Part shown: positions 19,971 to 32,108 of the stretch, in pieces | Layout of the letters: every line of letters starts with the position of its first letter | Numbering within the stretch: position 1 is the first letter of the stretch | Assembly (NCBI GenBank): GCA_009602725.1 | Contig: WELB01000027.1 | Location: 768,288 to 819,773 of the forward strand | Source of the DNA: Spirogloea muscicola | Taxonomy: Eukaryota | DNA: 51,486 bases | Reading direction: 5' to 3' | The notes under the pieces: model-generated | Seen by the model: the letters and a program-made list of their open reading frames with translations, nothing else | Database searches by the model: none | Told to the model about the DNA's origin: nothing | Program-made: the position numbers and the translations under genes

Positions 19971-20011
19971 GAGTAGCCCCGAGTCAGCAGCTGCAAGTTC
20001 GAGTACTTTGC

Positions 20012-22190
20012 AGCTAGAACGAGGAGAAGGAGCTCTTCAAGAAACAGGTGGTGGAGCTGCGGGCGCGGTTGCGATTGCGCGGGGAGGACTGGCAGGCAAC
20101 AAGCACGAGGGCATAACGTGGTCGGCATTGCAACGATTGTGAAGGAAATGTGGTGCAATACTTGACACCCATTCCCGTGATCTCGACCTCCCCGCCCACA
20201 AAGTGCTCTTGCAGTTGGACAGCTAGGGTGGCTCTCGTGCTCCTCCCCTAAGGCTTACTCTCTCTTCATCGACAAAGTATTGTCCGGCATGCTGGTGTCC
20301 ACACTTACGAGCAGACTGTATGTAGGCTTGGACTCGATTCAGGACGACCGACCAGCCTCCTGACCCGCCTGAGCTGCTCCCACGCAGGTGATGGTGGCAA
20401 CACAGCGGTGTGAGAAATTTGCACGCGAGCAGCTGGAGGAGCTCCGCAATCAGTAGCCCTGTGACAGTGGACTACTTGCAAATTGATACACCTGAAAATT
20501 GGCCACATTGGCCGCTGGGTTCCGCATTGGGGACTGGCTGGGCCCGCTGTGGCATAGAGGCCAGACGACCTGACGTAAGGTGGCCGGGCGGCTGCGGCGA
20601 TGGCATGAGTGGCGCGACCTGGACGAGGCTGCAAGGGCAAGGGCTTTGGATGGCTTCGGGCTCAAATCCTGGAGCATGGCATCCAGGGGTATGCCATGCG
20701 TGCTGTCGGCAGTGATGCTACATTGCAAGGTGCGCCTGCAGCTACTGACGGTGAGAAGTTGAGCCTGTTGTGGCTGCTCTGCACTTACAATGCGGAGGCA
20801 GCGTACTTCGACGAGGGCGTCCGGAGCAGCCAGCGCAAGCTCCTCCTGTTGGCGATCGGCAAGCTCGTCCAGCCGGCATACACGGCCACGGTGGCTCACC
20901 ACTGTACGGCTGCGCTTGTTGCTTTCAAGGAAGCAGTGGACTGGCAGCTCGCCACAGACAATGACGTGCCATTTGCCGAGGCTGCAAATGCCGCAATGAG
21001 GGCGGCGGTCGAACGCTTTGACGCCAAGATGGATGATGTGCATGTCAGCCAATTCGGCTGGGATACAGCAAAGTTGCGCAGGCGCCTCTTGCGTGACTTG
21101 CACGCGCATGTAACAGCCATGCGCTGGCAGAGGCTCGCTGCCATCGCCAAGGAGGCCGAGGTGCGAGTGTTTGCGACTCACCATATCAGCTGGCAGCCAA
21201 GGGCTGGCATCCGACACCAAAAAGCATCATAGCATGTTGAGCGCTTCTGACAGAGATACTTGCATCGCCACAGGCCAACTTGGTGCAGGCGATCATGGAC
21301 CCTTGCAGAGTGCTCCTCAAGGAGGGTACATCGAAGACACTGCGCAAGCTCCTGCAGCTAATTACGCAGACTGAGCACAAAATCTGCAGGCTATCTTTGT
21401 GGCCGCAGTTCGACTTACAGGGTGCCTTGTGCTGGGGTGTGCCATGTGGCAGCAGCTCCTAGTCACATTTGGCACTCCGCACTCATGTACTTGCAGTTTC
21501 AGATTATCAAATTTAGCAGAAGCTCACGGTATGCTGGATCTGAAAGCCTGAACTGCTGACAACCTCAGTAAAACAGAGGCTGAGAAGAGTCTCCTCAAGG
21601 TGGTGAAGGGGTACACGTTGCAGAGGAGCGAGGCCGAGCAGATGATGGCAGCGCTGGCAGCTGCTGGGCGGGAGTGCATCAGGCAACGTGCACGGGAGGC
21701 AGCCAATGATGCCCTGATCGCATGGTGCACAGGTGGGCAGTCTAGAGATCACGAAGACCCAGGGGCCCTGTTCTCATAGCGATTGGAGCTCGTCTGCTTT
21801 GACTGACGTACTGTGCCATTTGACGCCTCTGTGTTAGATATCAGTTGGCATTTCGGTGGGATGGCAACCTTGTGCAGCCAGTCTGGCATGGCAACAGATA
21901 CATTTGGTCGCTACAAGGAATGCGCGTGCAGCGGTGGACTGCCTGGACCTTGTTTGCTGGAGATGATGGAAATGCAGGGCAACAGGACACGAAGGCCTTG
22001 GCTACAGGATACTTGCACAGCTTTGCAGTGCTAGTCAGGCTGGAGACAGTCAGAATCTGGTACATGTATCTGACAGTCAATGAATGCCCTCTTCAGGCTG
22101 TGCGTGTCCTGGCCGTGACAGCAGCTGTGCATCTCAGTGGAGAGCAGCAGCATCCGGACACGATCGAGGCCACGCTGCTGTCGTAGCTTG
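20012..22190 (+). pseudogene. RHD3 pseudogene copy 1 (internal part, introns retained)
   Basis: Colinear with intact RHD3 at 40960-43075 ([46 protein letters not shown]), with stops and frameshifts. Confidence 0.9.
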
Positions 22191-22825
22191 CTCCCAATAG
22201 CGCCTTCGCCGGCGCCACTGCGGACCCCTTGGCCTTGTTGTCGAGGGACAGGGTACGTCAGTAACGCCTGAGCTGCCTGCCTTTACCTCACTGTCTTCCT
22301 TCGGAAGCTCTGACAGTGAGGTGATAGCAGGCAGCTCAGCGTTACCGTCCCATGAATGACAACAAGGCCAAGGGAGCCGCAGTGGCGCCGGCTGGGGCGC
22401 TGTTGGGAGCACACCACGATAGCAGCGTGGCCTCGATCAGTTCTGAATGCTGCTGCTCTCCACTGAGACGCACAGTCACGGCCAGCGTAGCCAGAGCATG
22501 AAGAGGGCAATCGATGACTGTCGAATACATGAACCTGATCCCGCCTGTCTACTCCTGATAAGCACTGCGAAGCTGAGGCGAGTCTCCTGCAGCCAGGGCC
22601 TACGTGCCCTGAGTCCCTATATCGGCACAGCATCTCCAGCAAACAAGGTCCAGGCTGCCACCGCTGCACGCGCGTTCCTTGTAATGGACCAGACGTATCT
22701 GTTGCCATGCCAGACTCGCTGCACAAGGTTGGAATCCAACTTAAACGCCTGACACAAATGCTTCAAACGGCACAGTACGTCAGTCAAAGCAGACAAGCTC
22801 CCATCACTATGCGGACTGGGCCCCT
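21761..22825. repeat. ~1.07 kb fold-back inverted repeat of RHD3-derived sequence
   Basis: 21761-~22295 is mirrored by ~22304-22825; the apex is CTTCC-TTC-GGAAG at 22295-22307. Confidence 0.92.
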
Positions 22826-22884
22826 ATGTCTTTGTTGCGAAGTGAGAGGAGCTTGCGCTTGCTGCTCCGGACGCCCTCGTCGAA

Positions 22885-23085
22885 CTAAGCTGCCTCCGCC
22901 TCGTACCTGCAGAGCAACCAAAACGGACTTAACTCCCCAGCGTCAGTGGCTGCAGCCGTATCTTGCAACGTAGCATCACAGACGGCAGCACGCATGCATA
23001 CTCCTCGATGCAGTGCTCCGGAAATATCATATGCCTGACGCCCGAAGCCATCCGCATCCCTGGCCCGTCGCCGCCGCCGCAGCTC
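22885..23085 (-). pseudogene. Inverted RHD3 fragment
   Basis: The minus strand reads DGFGRQAYDI..EHCIEE, an intron, then RYEAEAA*, matching 41500-41680. Confidence 0.8.
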
Positions 23086-24633
23086 CAGCAGTCTGCGGCG
23101 GCGGCGACGGCGGAGGCGACGGCACGGCAGTGGCGGCGGCGGCGGCAGCGGCGGCCCCGGACGCGGTGCGTGGCGGCCTGCCCCGCTTCTTTGCGCCGGA
23201 CCTGCCGTCCTCCGAGGTCCGTCGTGCCGCGCCTTGCCCGTAGATGGCGCGCGCGACTGCCGGCGACCGCGCCGTCGTCGCCGTCGTCGTGGTGGTGGGA
23301 CAGCATCGCTTCTCTGGGGTCGGCCTCTGAGCGGGTTCCCGCCTGCGCAGGGCGGCGTGGTGGCGGTGGGCGGCGGCGAGCTGTGGCACATGGCCAAGGT
23401 GCTGCGGCTGACCGTCGGCGACAGGTGCGCCGCCGCCGCTGCTGCAGGCTGCAATGACTGACCTCAAACCCCAAACCCCTACGGTCCTACACAGCTACGG
23501 TCCTTAACACCTATCTTCCAGCCCCACCAACAGTAGACCAACTCTCCCCGCGCTCGCTCGGCCTCGGCAAATGCCCGTCTCGATAGTGCAGATAAGACTA
23601 TATATCAGCATTCAGACCACAAGCGCTCTGGGGGTTCTCTTGCTAATGTGTCAATCCATATATCAGCCCATAGCTGCTAATCCCGCTGCCATTTTCGCTG
23701 CTCCTCGTGCTGAGAAGCTGCAGCTCACTGGTGTCGGCCAGATCTGCAGCCTTGCATCTTGAGCGACTGGCAAATTTCAGCACATGCCTATCTTCTTCAC
23801 GAGTTAAATGGAAGGCCCTGTGAGCGAGCTTGTCCTCTGGTCTGCGTGCAGGGTGGAGCTCTTTGATGCCCGCGGCGCCCTTGTGGAGGCCAAGATACTG
23901 TCAATGGACAAGACGACGACCGAGCTCGCAGCCATCGGCTCCTCCATCAGAGTCCCCTGGGCCGGGCCAAAGTGGTCTGTGGGAGTCGCATGTGGTATGC
24001 GGCCACAAACTGCCTCTCCTTGTCTCGCCCACATTGATAGAACCCTGTACAATCTGATCAAGTCTGGGAATGGCCATGACGCACGTCCCAGCCATGCTGC
24101 TATTTCTGAGCCTGACGAAGCAGACCAGCACCGACAGGTACTCTGAAGGGCGGCCGAGCAGATTGGCTGGTGGAGAAGTGCACGGTGAGACCCGCTGCTT
24201 GCTCCTACGTTGGCAACACCATGAGTCCTACTCGGTCTATGATATAGGATTCCATTGTGAAACATGCAATTCCTTTTTGCTCTGCTTGTCGTGCCTGCTG
24301 GAGCAGTCGCTTCCAGCCCGCTTAGCGCACCATGGCAGCTGCTGGGGTTGCTAATCTCCTGGCAGGAGCTGGGGGCTGCTGCACTCGTTCCGCTGCTGAC
24401 AGAGCGCTCCCCGCGGGCCGCGGAGAGCCGCATCGACCGGTGGCAGCGGGTGGCGCTAGCGGCTGCTAAGCAATGTGCACTACCGACACTCCTAATCTCA
24501 TACATGAGATTAGGAGGCTGCACTTGCCAAGTTATTATAATTGTGTGTCCGTCTTTTCGTGCCTCATCGTCACAATTTCGCGCTGGGCAGGTCAGAGACT
24601 GCATGGCCTTGACATCTCCGAGCCCGTCCTCCT
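23031..24633 (+). CDS. rsmE: Ribosomal RNA small subunit methyltransferase E (RsmE, m3U1498)-like, partial
   Basis: Exons encode GGLPRFFAPDLPSSE | GGELWHMAKVLRLTVGDR | VELFDARG | GTLKGGRADWLVEKCT | ELGAAALVPLLTERS...RWQRVALAAAKQC | QRLHGL, with intact GT-AG junctions. The 3' part is lost at N 24634 and the start is uncertain. Confidence 0.8.
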
Positions 24634-24634
24634 N

Positions 24635-24928
24635 TGTTTCCGGCTGAGATGGGCTTGCCAGCTGCATATCTGTTGCTCTTGCGACGACGAGTTTCTGCCT
24701 GTTTGCAGCGTGCTCAGGCTAGTGCCTTGCACCAGAAAGCTGGGCGAGCTCTAGTAGGTGGCAGAAGGGCGCCGTTCCTGGCATCTAGTATTCATGCATC
24801 GAGTAGTGACCTTTATGTTTTGACCCGTGGTTATTGAGCGGGTCAATCTGCTGTAGGTTATGTAGATCTTTAGATGTGCTTGCCTTTGTACCTGGCCATT
24901 TGGCCTACATTTTCTTTCTAATACACGG
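24635..24928 (+). mobile_element. RLE non-LTR subfamily A 3' end
   Basis: MGLPAAYLLLLRRRVSACLQRAQASALHQKAGRA...SDLYVLTRGY* plus 3'UTR ending TAATACACGG; near-identical to 25365-25651. Confidence 0.85.
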
Positions 24929-24991
24929 TCACCCCACGGCCCACGCCCGTCCCCGGCGGCGGCAGCGGCGGTGAGATGGCGGCGGAGCCGG

Positions 24992-25660
24992 CGGGCTTGA
25001 TGCGCGACGCCGGCTACCGAGCGGTCGTGGAAGTCAACAATATCATGCCTATCACCACGGACGCCCAGGGACGTCATCATCGCCGCACACTTGACATTGT
25101 GGGCGTGCAACCTGGTGGAGGACCACGGGCCCTGGTCGACGTTGTTGTTTCGGAGGCATTCAAGGGCCCAGCATCGACACACATCGCTAGGCATGCAGTG
25201 GGCGCTGCAGAAGAAAAAAAATTTGCGGTACTACTCCGATTACCCCCAATGCGATCAGCTCCTGCCAGCGGCAATCGACATCTATGGCTGTCTGGGTCCT
25301 CGCTTCCACACGCTCCTTCAAAACATCGCCAATCTAGGCTACACTCGACATGCAGATGTGTATCCGGCTAAGATGGGCTTGCCAGCTGCATATCTGTCGC
25401 TCTTGCGACGACGAGTTTCGGTCTGTTTGCAGCGTGCTCAAGCTAGTGCCTTGCACCAGAAAGCTGGGCGAGCTCTAGTTGGTGGCAGAAGGGCTCCGTT
25501 TCTGGCATCTAATATTCATGCATCGATTAGTGACCTTCATGTTTTGACCCGTGGTTATTGAGCGGGTCAATCTGCTGTACGTTATGTAGATGTTTAGATG
25601 TGCTTGCCTTTGTACTTGGCCATTTGGCCTACATTTGTTTCTTATACACGGAATGTTTAT
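24992..25660 (+). mobile_element. 5'-truncated RLE non-LTR subfamily A copy with target-site duplication
   Basis: LDIVG...LVDVVVS...AEEKK..YY...AIDIYGCLG...SDLHVLTRGY*; flanked by GATGGCGGCGGAGCCGG (24975-24991) and GATGGCGGCGGCGGAGCCGG (25661-25680). Confidence 0.88.
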
Positions 25661-25661
25661 G

Positions 25662-28120
25662 ATGGCGGCGGCGGAGCCGGTGCAGGTGATTAGCCGTGAC
25701 GGGAGCCTGGACGGCGCGGCGCTGGAGGCCTTTGATAGCGAGGCGCGGCTGCCCGAGGCCGGCATCGACAACGTTGTCGTCACCATCGTGGGGCCTCGGA
25801 GCAGCGGTGCGCCCCGCGCGCCCGCCGCCGCCGCCGCCGCCGCTGGCTGAGCTCAGCTGAGCTGCGGCGGCGGCCGCGGCGCAGGCAAAAGCACGCTGCT
25901 CAACCACCTCTTCGGCACGTCCTTCCGCGAGATGGACGCCTCCGCCGGCAGGCCGGCGCGGCGCTCTCCCTCTGCCCGCTGGCTTTCACACCTGGCTGGC
26001 CTTTACAGCCGCTCTTAAGTATCAGCAGTCGTGTTTCTGCCTGCCCTCCTCCACTCCTCTTCTTGTCCCATTGCCTCGTCGAGCCCCCGTTGTCGGATGC
26101 CATCGCCGCCTGACAGTGCGTCTACGCGCTGCAGGAGGCCGACGACGGTGGCCGTATGGCTGGGCCTGGCGGCGGGCATCTCGCCTCCCACAGTGGTGTG
26201 CGACATTGAAGGCACCGACCACAGCGGCGTGGCGAGGTGCGCCGCTTCCACCGGACAGCTGTCCAGCTTGCTATTGTGCCGGCAACTGCCAGCAAGGTCG
26301 CTTCCTTGCGGCTGCGGAAGGAGGCTGCTGCTGGGTGGTGGCGGGCCGGACCTGACGCTCCATCGGTGCCGCGAGTGCCGTGGCCGGCTCTTTGCAGGAC
26401 GACGAGGCGTTCGAGAAGCTGAAGCGCTCTTTGCACTCGCCGTCTCTGACATCGTCATTGTCAACATGTGAGTGCCCGCCCGCTCTTGTGGCAGGTATTC
26501 CAAGCGAATTATACTGGTGCTGTCTGGGCCTCCGGTCTCCGCAGGCCGTCCCTGCTTGCGCTTCATCGGCACCGGCTCTATGCCCCGTGTCGTCCTAATG
26601 AGCTGACACTGGCAATCCCATGCCGCTCTTGCTGCTGCAGCAAGGTGGTGCCACAACCTTGGACGCGAGCAGGCCGCCAACAGGCCCGTTCTCACCACAG
26701 CTGCCAGCAGTGCTGAGGCTAGCGCGGGCGCTGGCGAGCAGGTGCTGCTGCGGCGCTTCACGCCGCACAATATCACACTGCTCTCATGTCATCCGGACAA
26801 GGCGAAAGTGCGCCGCCAGCACCGCAGCCTCTTATGCCTTCTTGAGCCTGCCCTGCAGGTGCCATTGCTGCCTGTCCTGCATGCTTGACCCGTGTCTAAC
26901 AACGCCTGCCAGGTATGCCGCCCGTTCAGACGCCAATGGAGATGCTGGAGCCAATCATGAGTGGCGACATCCAGAAGGTCAGCCCTAAGCAGCCACCTGG
27001 ACAACTGTCATCGTCTGCGCAGCTGCTTTTGCAAGAGCTGCCCGCGCCGGCGCTGCTCGCTACTCGTGGCTTTTCTCTGGTACTGCCTGACTGCCGGCTG
27101 CAATCCACCATGCTGCAGATCCGTGACAGCGTCGTGAAGCCCGACCCCTATGCAGCTGTGCGGCTCAGTAAATTCTTCAATGTGAGCAGTCTCCGCACGC
27201 GCCACTTCCGCCTGAAACTATGCCTGCTGCCACCCAGGGCAGAGCAGCCGAGGTTGACCTGCACTCTCGCCCATCCCCCGCAGGTGGAGGTGACGGCGCT
27301 GTCCAACTTCGATAAGAAGGAAGAGCTCTTCAAGGAGCAGATGGTGGAGTTGTGGACGTTAGGTATGTCTGATAAGACTTTGCCGATGAGGAGAGATTTA
27401 GCCTTGGGGGGAAGGAGCACGAGTGCTACTCTAGCGGTCCAGCTGCAAGTGCACCTTGTGGGGGCAGAGGTCAATTCGCGGAGTTGTGACTTCGAATATG
27501 GCACCACATTACCTGCACACTTATGGCGAATGCTGACCCCGGTATGAGTTTGTGCTGGTCTCCTGCCAGCCCTCCCAGCGCGATCACAATCTACAAAAGA
27601 GTCGCGCCGGGAGGGCTGGCAGGAGACCAGCACAAGCTTGTACACGGGTCGGCGTTCGCCACGTGTGTGCAGAAGATGTGGTGCTACATTCTTACCACCA
27701 CGCCCACAAGCTGCACTTGCAGCTGGACAGCTAGTGGCACTCGTGCTCCTTCTCCCCAAGGCTAACTCTCTCCTCATCGGCAAAATCTTATCAGACACAT
27801 TGATATCCACGTACGAGCATACTGTCAGAAGGCTCGGACTGAAAATGTAGACGACAGACCAGCCTCTTGACCCACCTGAGCTGCTACCATGAAGGTGATG
27901 GTGTAGAAACTCACAAGTGGTGTGAGGTTTTACACGTGAGTAGCTGCAGGAGCTCCACATCAGCAGCTCGTTTTGGTGAATAACCTGCGCATCACTACAT
28001 GAAGGTTTGCCACAGTGGCCGCTTGGGAATTAAATTTTGGTAAATAGCAGGGCCTGCCATAGAGGTCACACGGCTTGCGGCTGCGGCCATGGCATGAGTC
28101 GTGTGACCTGGACGGCAAGT
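25662..28120 (+). pseudogene. RHD3 pseudogene copy 2 (from start codon, introns retained)
   Basis: MAAAEPVQVISRDG...[42 protein letters not shown] and VEVTALSNFDKKEELFK, with frameshifts. Confidence 0.9.
27352..27810. repeat. Fold-back inverted repeat inside RHD3 pseudogene 2
   Basis: 27352-27583 is the reverse complement of 27602-27810 (TGTGCTGGTCTCCTGCCAGCCCTCCC / GGGAGGGCTGGCAGGAGACCAGCACA); 18-nt loop. Confidence 0.93.
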
Positions 28121-28194
28121 GCACCATGTGGGCGGAAAGGTCAAGATCACAACTGTTGCAACTTTTTCACTGCCATTTTTGCACACATGTCACG

Positions 28195-28325
28195 TCATTT
28201 TTTGCGCTGGTCGCCCGCCAGCTCCCCTGGCATATTCAAATGTATGAACAATACTCGCAGCTCGACCACCTGTTCTTATTAGAGCTCCTCCTCGAAGTTG
28301 GCCAGCGCAGTCACCTCCGCCTGCT
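28195..28325 (-). pseudogene. Inverted RHD3 exon fragment
   Basis: The minus strand reads [20 protein letters not shown]...GELAGDQR. Confidence 0.75.
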
Positions 28326-29029
28326 GGGAAGGGCGGAGCGCAGGTCAATATGGGCTGCTCATCGCGAGGTGGGAGCAGGCAAAGCTTTTTCTGGCTGGCT
28401 TGCTCAGGTGTTCTAATTTCGTTAATTTGCAGAAGCCAGGGAGAGTAGATTGTAATTTTGCACCTTCTGGCCCTTGCAGACCTTTCTTTCAGTTAGGCTG
28501 GCCTCTTACGGCCATCACCTTAATCAAGAAGAGCTGTTTGCAATGAGGCCAGAGGCAGGGCACTGCCGGAAGACTCCGATGTAATTAAAGGCCTCATTGT
28601 CGGCCGGGGGGAGAAGCAGGAATAATTTCACTCCTGGCTTCGTGGAAGTTTGGCCTCATTGGCGAGTTTGGCATGTCACCTTTTGGCCCTAATCAGTGCC
28701 TTGGCCGTTCTGTTTGCATTCGACTGCACTGTACTTGGGCTTGGCAATCCACATTGTTACATACCGGCCTGCTTGTTGACTCGCTGGTGAAATTTTGGTG
28801 CTTCTGCCAGTTATTCTCGCTCTCCAGGTGTATGAGTCCGAGGAGCTGCGGCAAATGCTACTTGCATACTTTCCTGCTTTGACTTTGGGCTACAAGATTG
28901 GGGAACTTGCCCTAGCTGCGCCCGCTTGTCACAATAGCAGGACAAAGACAGCTGCATGCTTCGACACTGCGCTTGCCGCGGACGCACTTGGAGCTGGCCT
29001 GAAGGTGCTCTTTGGTACGGAGTAGAAGG

Positions 29030-29900
29030 ACCCTAAACACATCTTAATACCTGCAAGATATGCCTTTGACTTATTGTTGAAGCACCGCCTACAGCCCCAC
29101 GATCTGAAATCGGCTTTCCAGCAAAGCTTCTGTACAGATCACAACCATTGACGAGTTTGATCGTGTTATCAAGTAAGGCCCACACTTGGGACGGGCATCG
29201 CTTGCCAGGCACAGGTAGTCCCAAAGATTGGGCAATAGTCTCACAAGGTCTACAACTTCTACGGATCGCGAACAACGACCAGTTGCCGGCCATGTGATGA
29301 CTCAGTTTATAGGAATGTCGAGTCTGCAGCCATTATCAGGGGCTGTTGGAAACTGGCTCTCAGAGCTTGGACCTGTTACGCTCGTCTTTTGCTAGACCCC
29401 GGATGCTGATGAGGCAGATCCAATGCATGGCCACGCAAACCTGACCATGGAGTTTCTCAATCAACACGGAAGAATAATGTGGTAAAGTTCAAGTTGCATT
29501 GCAGCCAAAGGGCTTGACTTTCAGCGGCCCTGCCACACTGTGAGCTGGCGGAGCAGGTAAGAACAGGACCACCTGCTTCCCACGCTGAGTACCCGTCAAG
29601 ACAGGAGTGAATCACCTTCTTATTCACAAAGCGCTTCATAGAAGCCAGCTGAGTAGACACGGTGAGTTCTGGACTGCAAGACCACAATGCAGAGCCGCAG
29701 ATTGGGCTGCTCAGGGGCCCACTTATTAAGCCATAACAGCAGTAGGAAGGCAGATGAGCTGAAGGGAGGGGGAGAAGCTCCGCAAACTTTTATACAGCAG
29801 CCACATATCTTTTAGCTAACGCAAGCCTGAGGCTGCTGCAGAGAGCATGACCAGCGCGGCGATTTAAGGCAAGGATCTGGCCCTCTGGAGCGGCATGGAG
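29030..29900 (-). mobile_element. Decayed interspersed repeat, possibly the region C-terminal to an L1-type reverse transcriptase
   Basis: Homology blocks shared with 3990-4150 and 4786-4920; AWEAGG...AESQALWLQ resembles the PxxxGGLG...ALxxxW motif of L1 ORF2. Confidence 0.35.
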
Positions 29901-29929
29901 AGATCTGTTCAGTTCCATTTAGCATGACA

Positions 29930-30890
29930 TGAGGCCTCCAGGGAGTGGTGCACATTGCATCGACCTCCTGCCACCCTGCCTCAGTGGCCTTCAGCAGTGT
30001 GAGTGTGGCGAGCGCAGTGCAGCCGAGGTGTCTTTGGCGGCCCATATGCTGCGGTGCGCCAGGGAGGGGGTTGGACCGACTCGCACGACTTGCTGCGCAA
30101 CGCTATGTACGGGATATTTCTGGAGGCCAGTTACACCGTGGCGCTGGAAAACTCCAGTGTCATGCCCCTGACGGTTGGAGCGGATGGCCGTCTTCACACC
30201 AGGCGCGCTGATCTCGTCGCCAGTGCCTGGGCAGGGGGCTCCGGCTCATTGCCGACGTTGTCAACACGGACTGCATCGACTCCCGGAACGCCCACAACCT
30301 CGTCAGCGGAGGCGGGCTGCGCGGTCCGCCAAGCGGCGGGCGTCAAGCAGCGCAAATACGCCGACCACCCAGTGGGGGGTTAAAGCCGTCCCGCTTGCTG
30401 TCGACGTGCACGGCGCTTCTGGGACGCATGGCTGGACCTTCTCCAGCGCCTTGCGTGGCGTGCAGTGGCCCGCCGCCAAGGGCAGCAGAGCGAGCAGCCT
30501 GGCTTAAATGCCGCCGGGTCCCTTGCGCAAGTCTTCTGGATGCGCTTGGCCATTTCCCCATAGCGGTCCCTTGCCTTGGTTGTTCACTTGCGTGCAGGCC
30601 GCGCCTTGGCTGCGGCCTCCGGCTTCCGTCAGGGCGACGTCTATCGGCCTGCTAGCTATTCTGAATTGCATCTACTGACTAGAGTTTACTCTGTGCCCCC
30701 TTGCTGCCGTCTTAGCACTTAGTACCTTGCTTTCTGCGCCATCTGGCTCCTTCTGACCTTGCCCATTTCTTTGGGCTGGCCTCTCTCAGCCACCAGTCAA
30801 TTTGGAAGCGCTGTTCTCTCTCTTTGGGGCTAGCCTCTCACAGCCATTGCCGTTAAATGGCTGTTTCCTTCGCAAGCGCTTCCCATTGCG
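29930..30890 (+). mobile_element. RLE non-LTR subfamily B fragment with duplicated 3' terminal motif
   Basis: CECG...HMLRC, SHDLLRN, RADLVA, KQRKYADHP, PLAVDVHG and HLRAGRALAAAS; terminal TTTGGGCTGGCCTCTCTCAGCC at ~30770 and again at ~30822. Confidence 0.85.
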
Positions 30891-31595
30891 TAGCCCAATC
30901 TTGCCTAAGCATCGTACTGGCTTGATTTGGCGTCCCTTTCATGTCATGCGCGTGCACGCCTTCCTCCTCTACCGCGGCTTCCAGCCCTTATCTGCTGGCC
31001 GTGCTTGCTGCCATGCCCTGGCTGCCGTCTGCGGCTATTGGCAGGGAGACTACAGTCCAGCTGCTAGTATTTCACCTCCCACTTGCTGGTACCAGCCTCT
31101 GCACCAACTTCGAAGTGCAAAACAGAAGTCTATCGCGGTTTGTAAGGTGCATAGTGCGGTTATCTGTAAGGTGCATAATAGCTCAAAAAGGGCTCAACTG
31201 TGAGATCACTTAGCGGGCTGCATTGCCTGCCTCTGCTGATCGTTGAGCCTGCCTGGAATGAAAGAAACAGCGGTCGGTGGTGACAATCTCTTCTAATGTC
31301 TGTGGTATGTTGAGTTATTTGTAGTTCCGGTGCTTGCTACCTGCCGCCTCGCGGACCGCATGGCCGCCTCCTCCGCTGATTGGATAAGCACTTCTGAAAT
31401 GAGAGGAGTCGGTGGCGACAGCCTCTGGCTACGGTACGGGGTGTCGGGGTCGGTGCGACGCCCGAGCGGACGTTCAACACAATCTGGAGCCGAAAAGGAA
31501 ATGGATAAGGGGTCGGAAAGAAACAGCACTTCCGGAGAGCCCGAACAGGATGGGCCTAGAAAATCCATCCATTGTATGTTCTCTTCTTTTTACTN

Positions 31596-31790
31596 GTGCA
31601 AGCCTGGCCAACAGGTCGAGCCAGTGGGATCCGAGAGCCCCATGCACGTCCACAGCCAGGGGGACGAACTCGTCGGCAGCCGGGTGGTCGGCGTGCTTGG
31701 CCGCCTTGCTGCGAGCGGCCTTTGCCGCAGCGTGGCCAGCCCGCGAGGCAGAAAGCCCTGGGTTGGAGCGGTCGACCACATCAGTGGTGG
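31596..31790 (-). mobile_element. RLE non-LTR fragment
   Basis: DVVD...AARSKAAKHADHPAADEFVPLAVDVHGALGSHWLDLLARLA. Confidence 0.8.
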
Positions 31791-32108
31791 ATCCTAGGAA
31801 CACTATGGTAGCGCCGCATTCGGCCCCTCCGACCCTTGACCTCTCTCTTTTTTGGATGCCCTTTCACAACTCTCTGTCTTCAACAGCCATTGTCCCCTAA
31901 TGAAGAGCTCACTTCTACTTCCATCGCGTAATACACACTCCGCTCAAGTTGGGGCAGGCGGCCGCACACCTCCTCAAAGCCCGCCCCCCCCCCGCCCCGG
32001 GCCACGCCCGGCAACGGCGGCGGCGAGATGGCGGCGNCCCGACCCACGCCCGGCTCCGGCGGCTTCGGCGGCTGTGGCGGCGGCGGCGGCGGCGGCGGCA
32101 GCGGCGAG

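Noticed and set aside
22295..22307. C(UUCG)G tetraloop at the hairpin apex
   Set aside because: The register that extends the stem gives a 3-nt TTC loop; the UUCG register is not supported by adjacent pairs.
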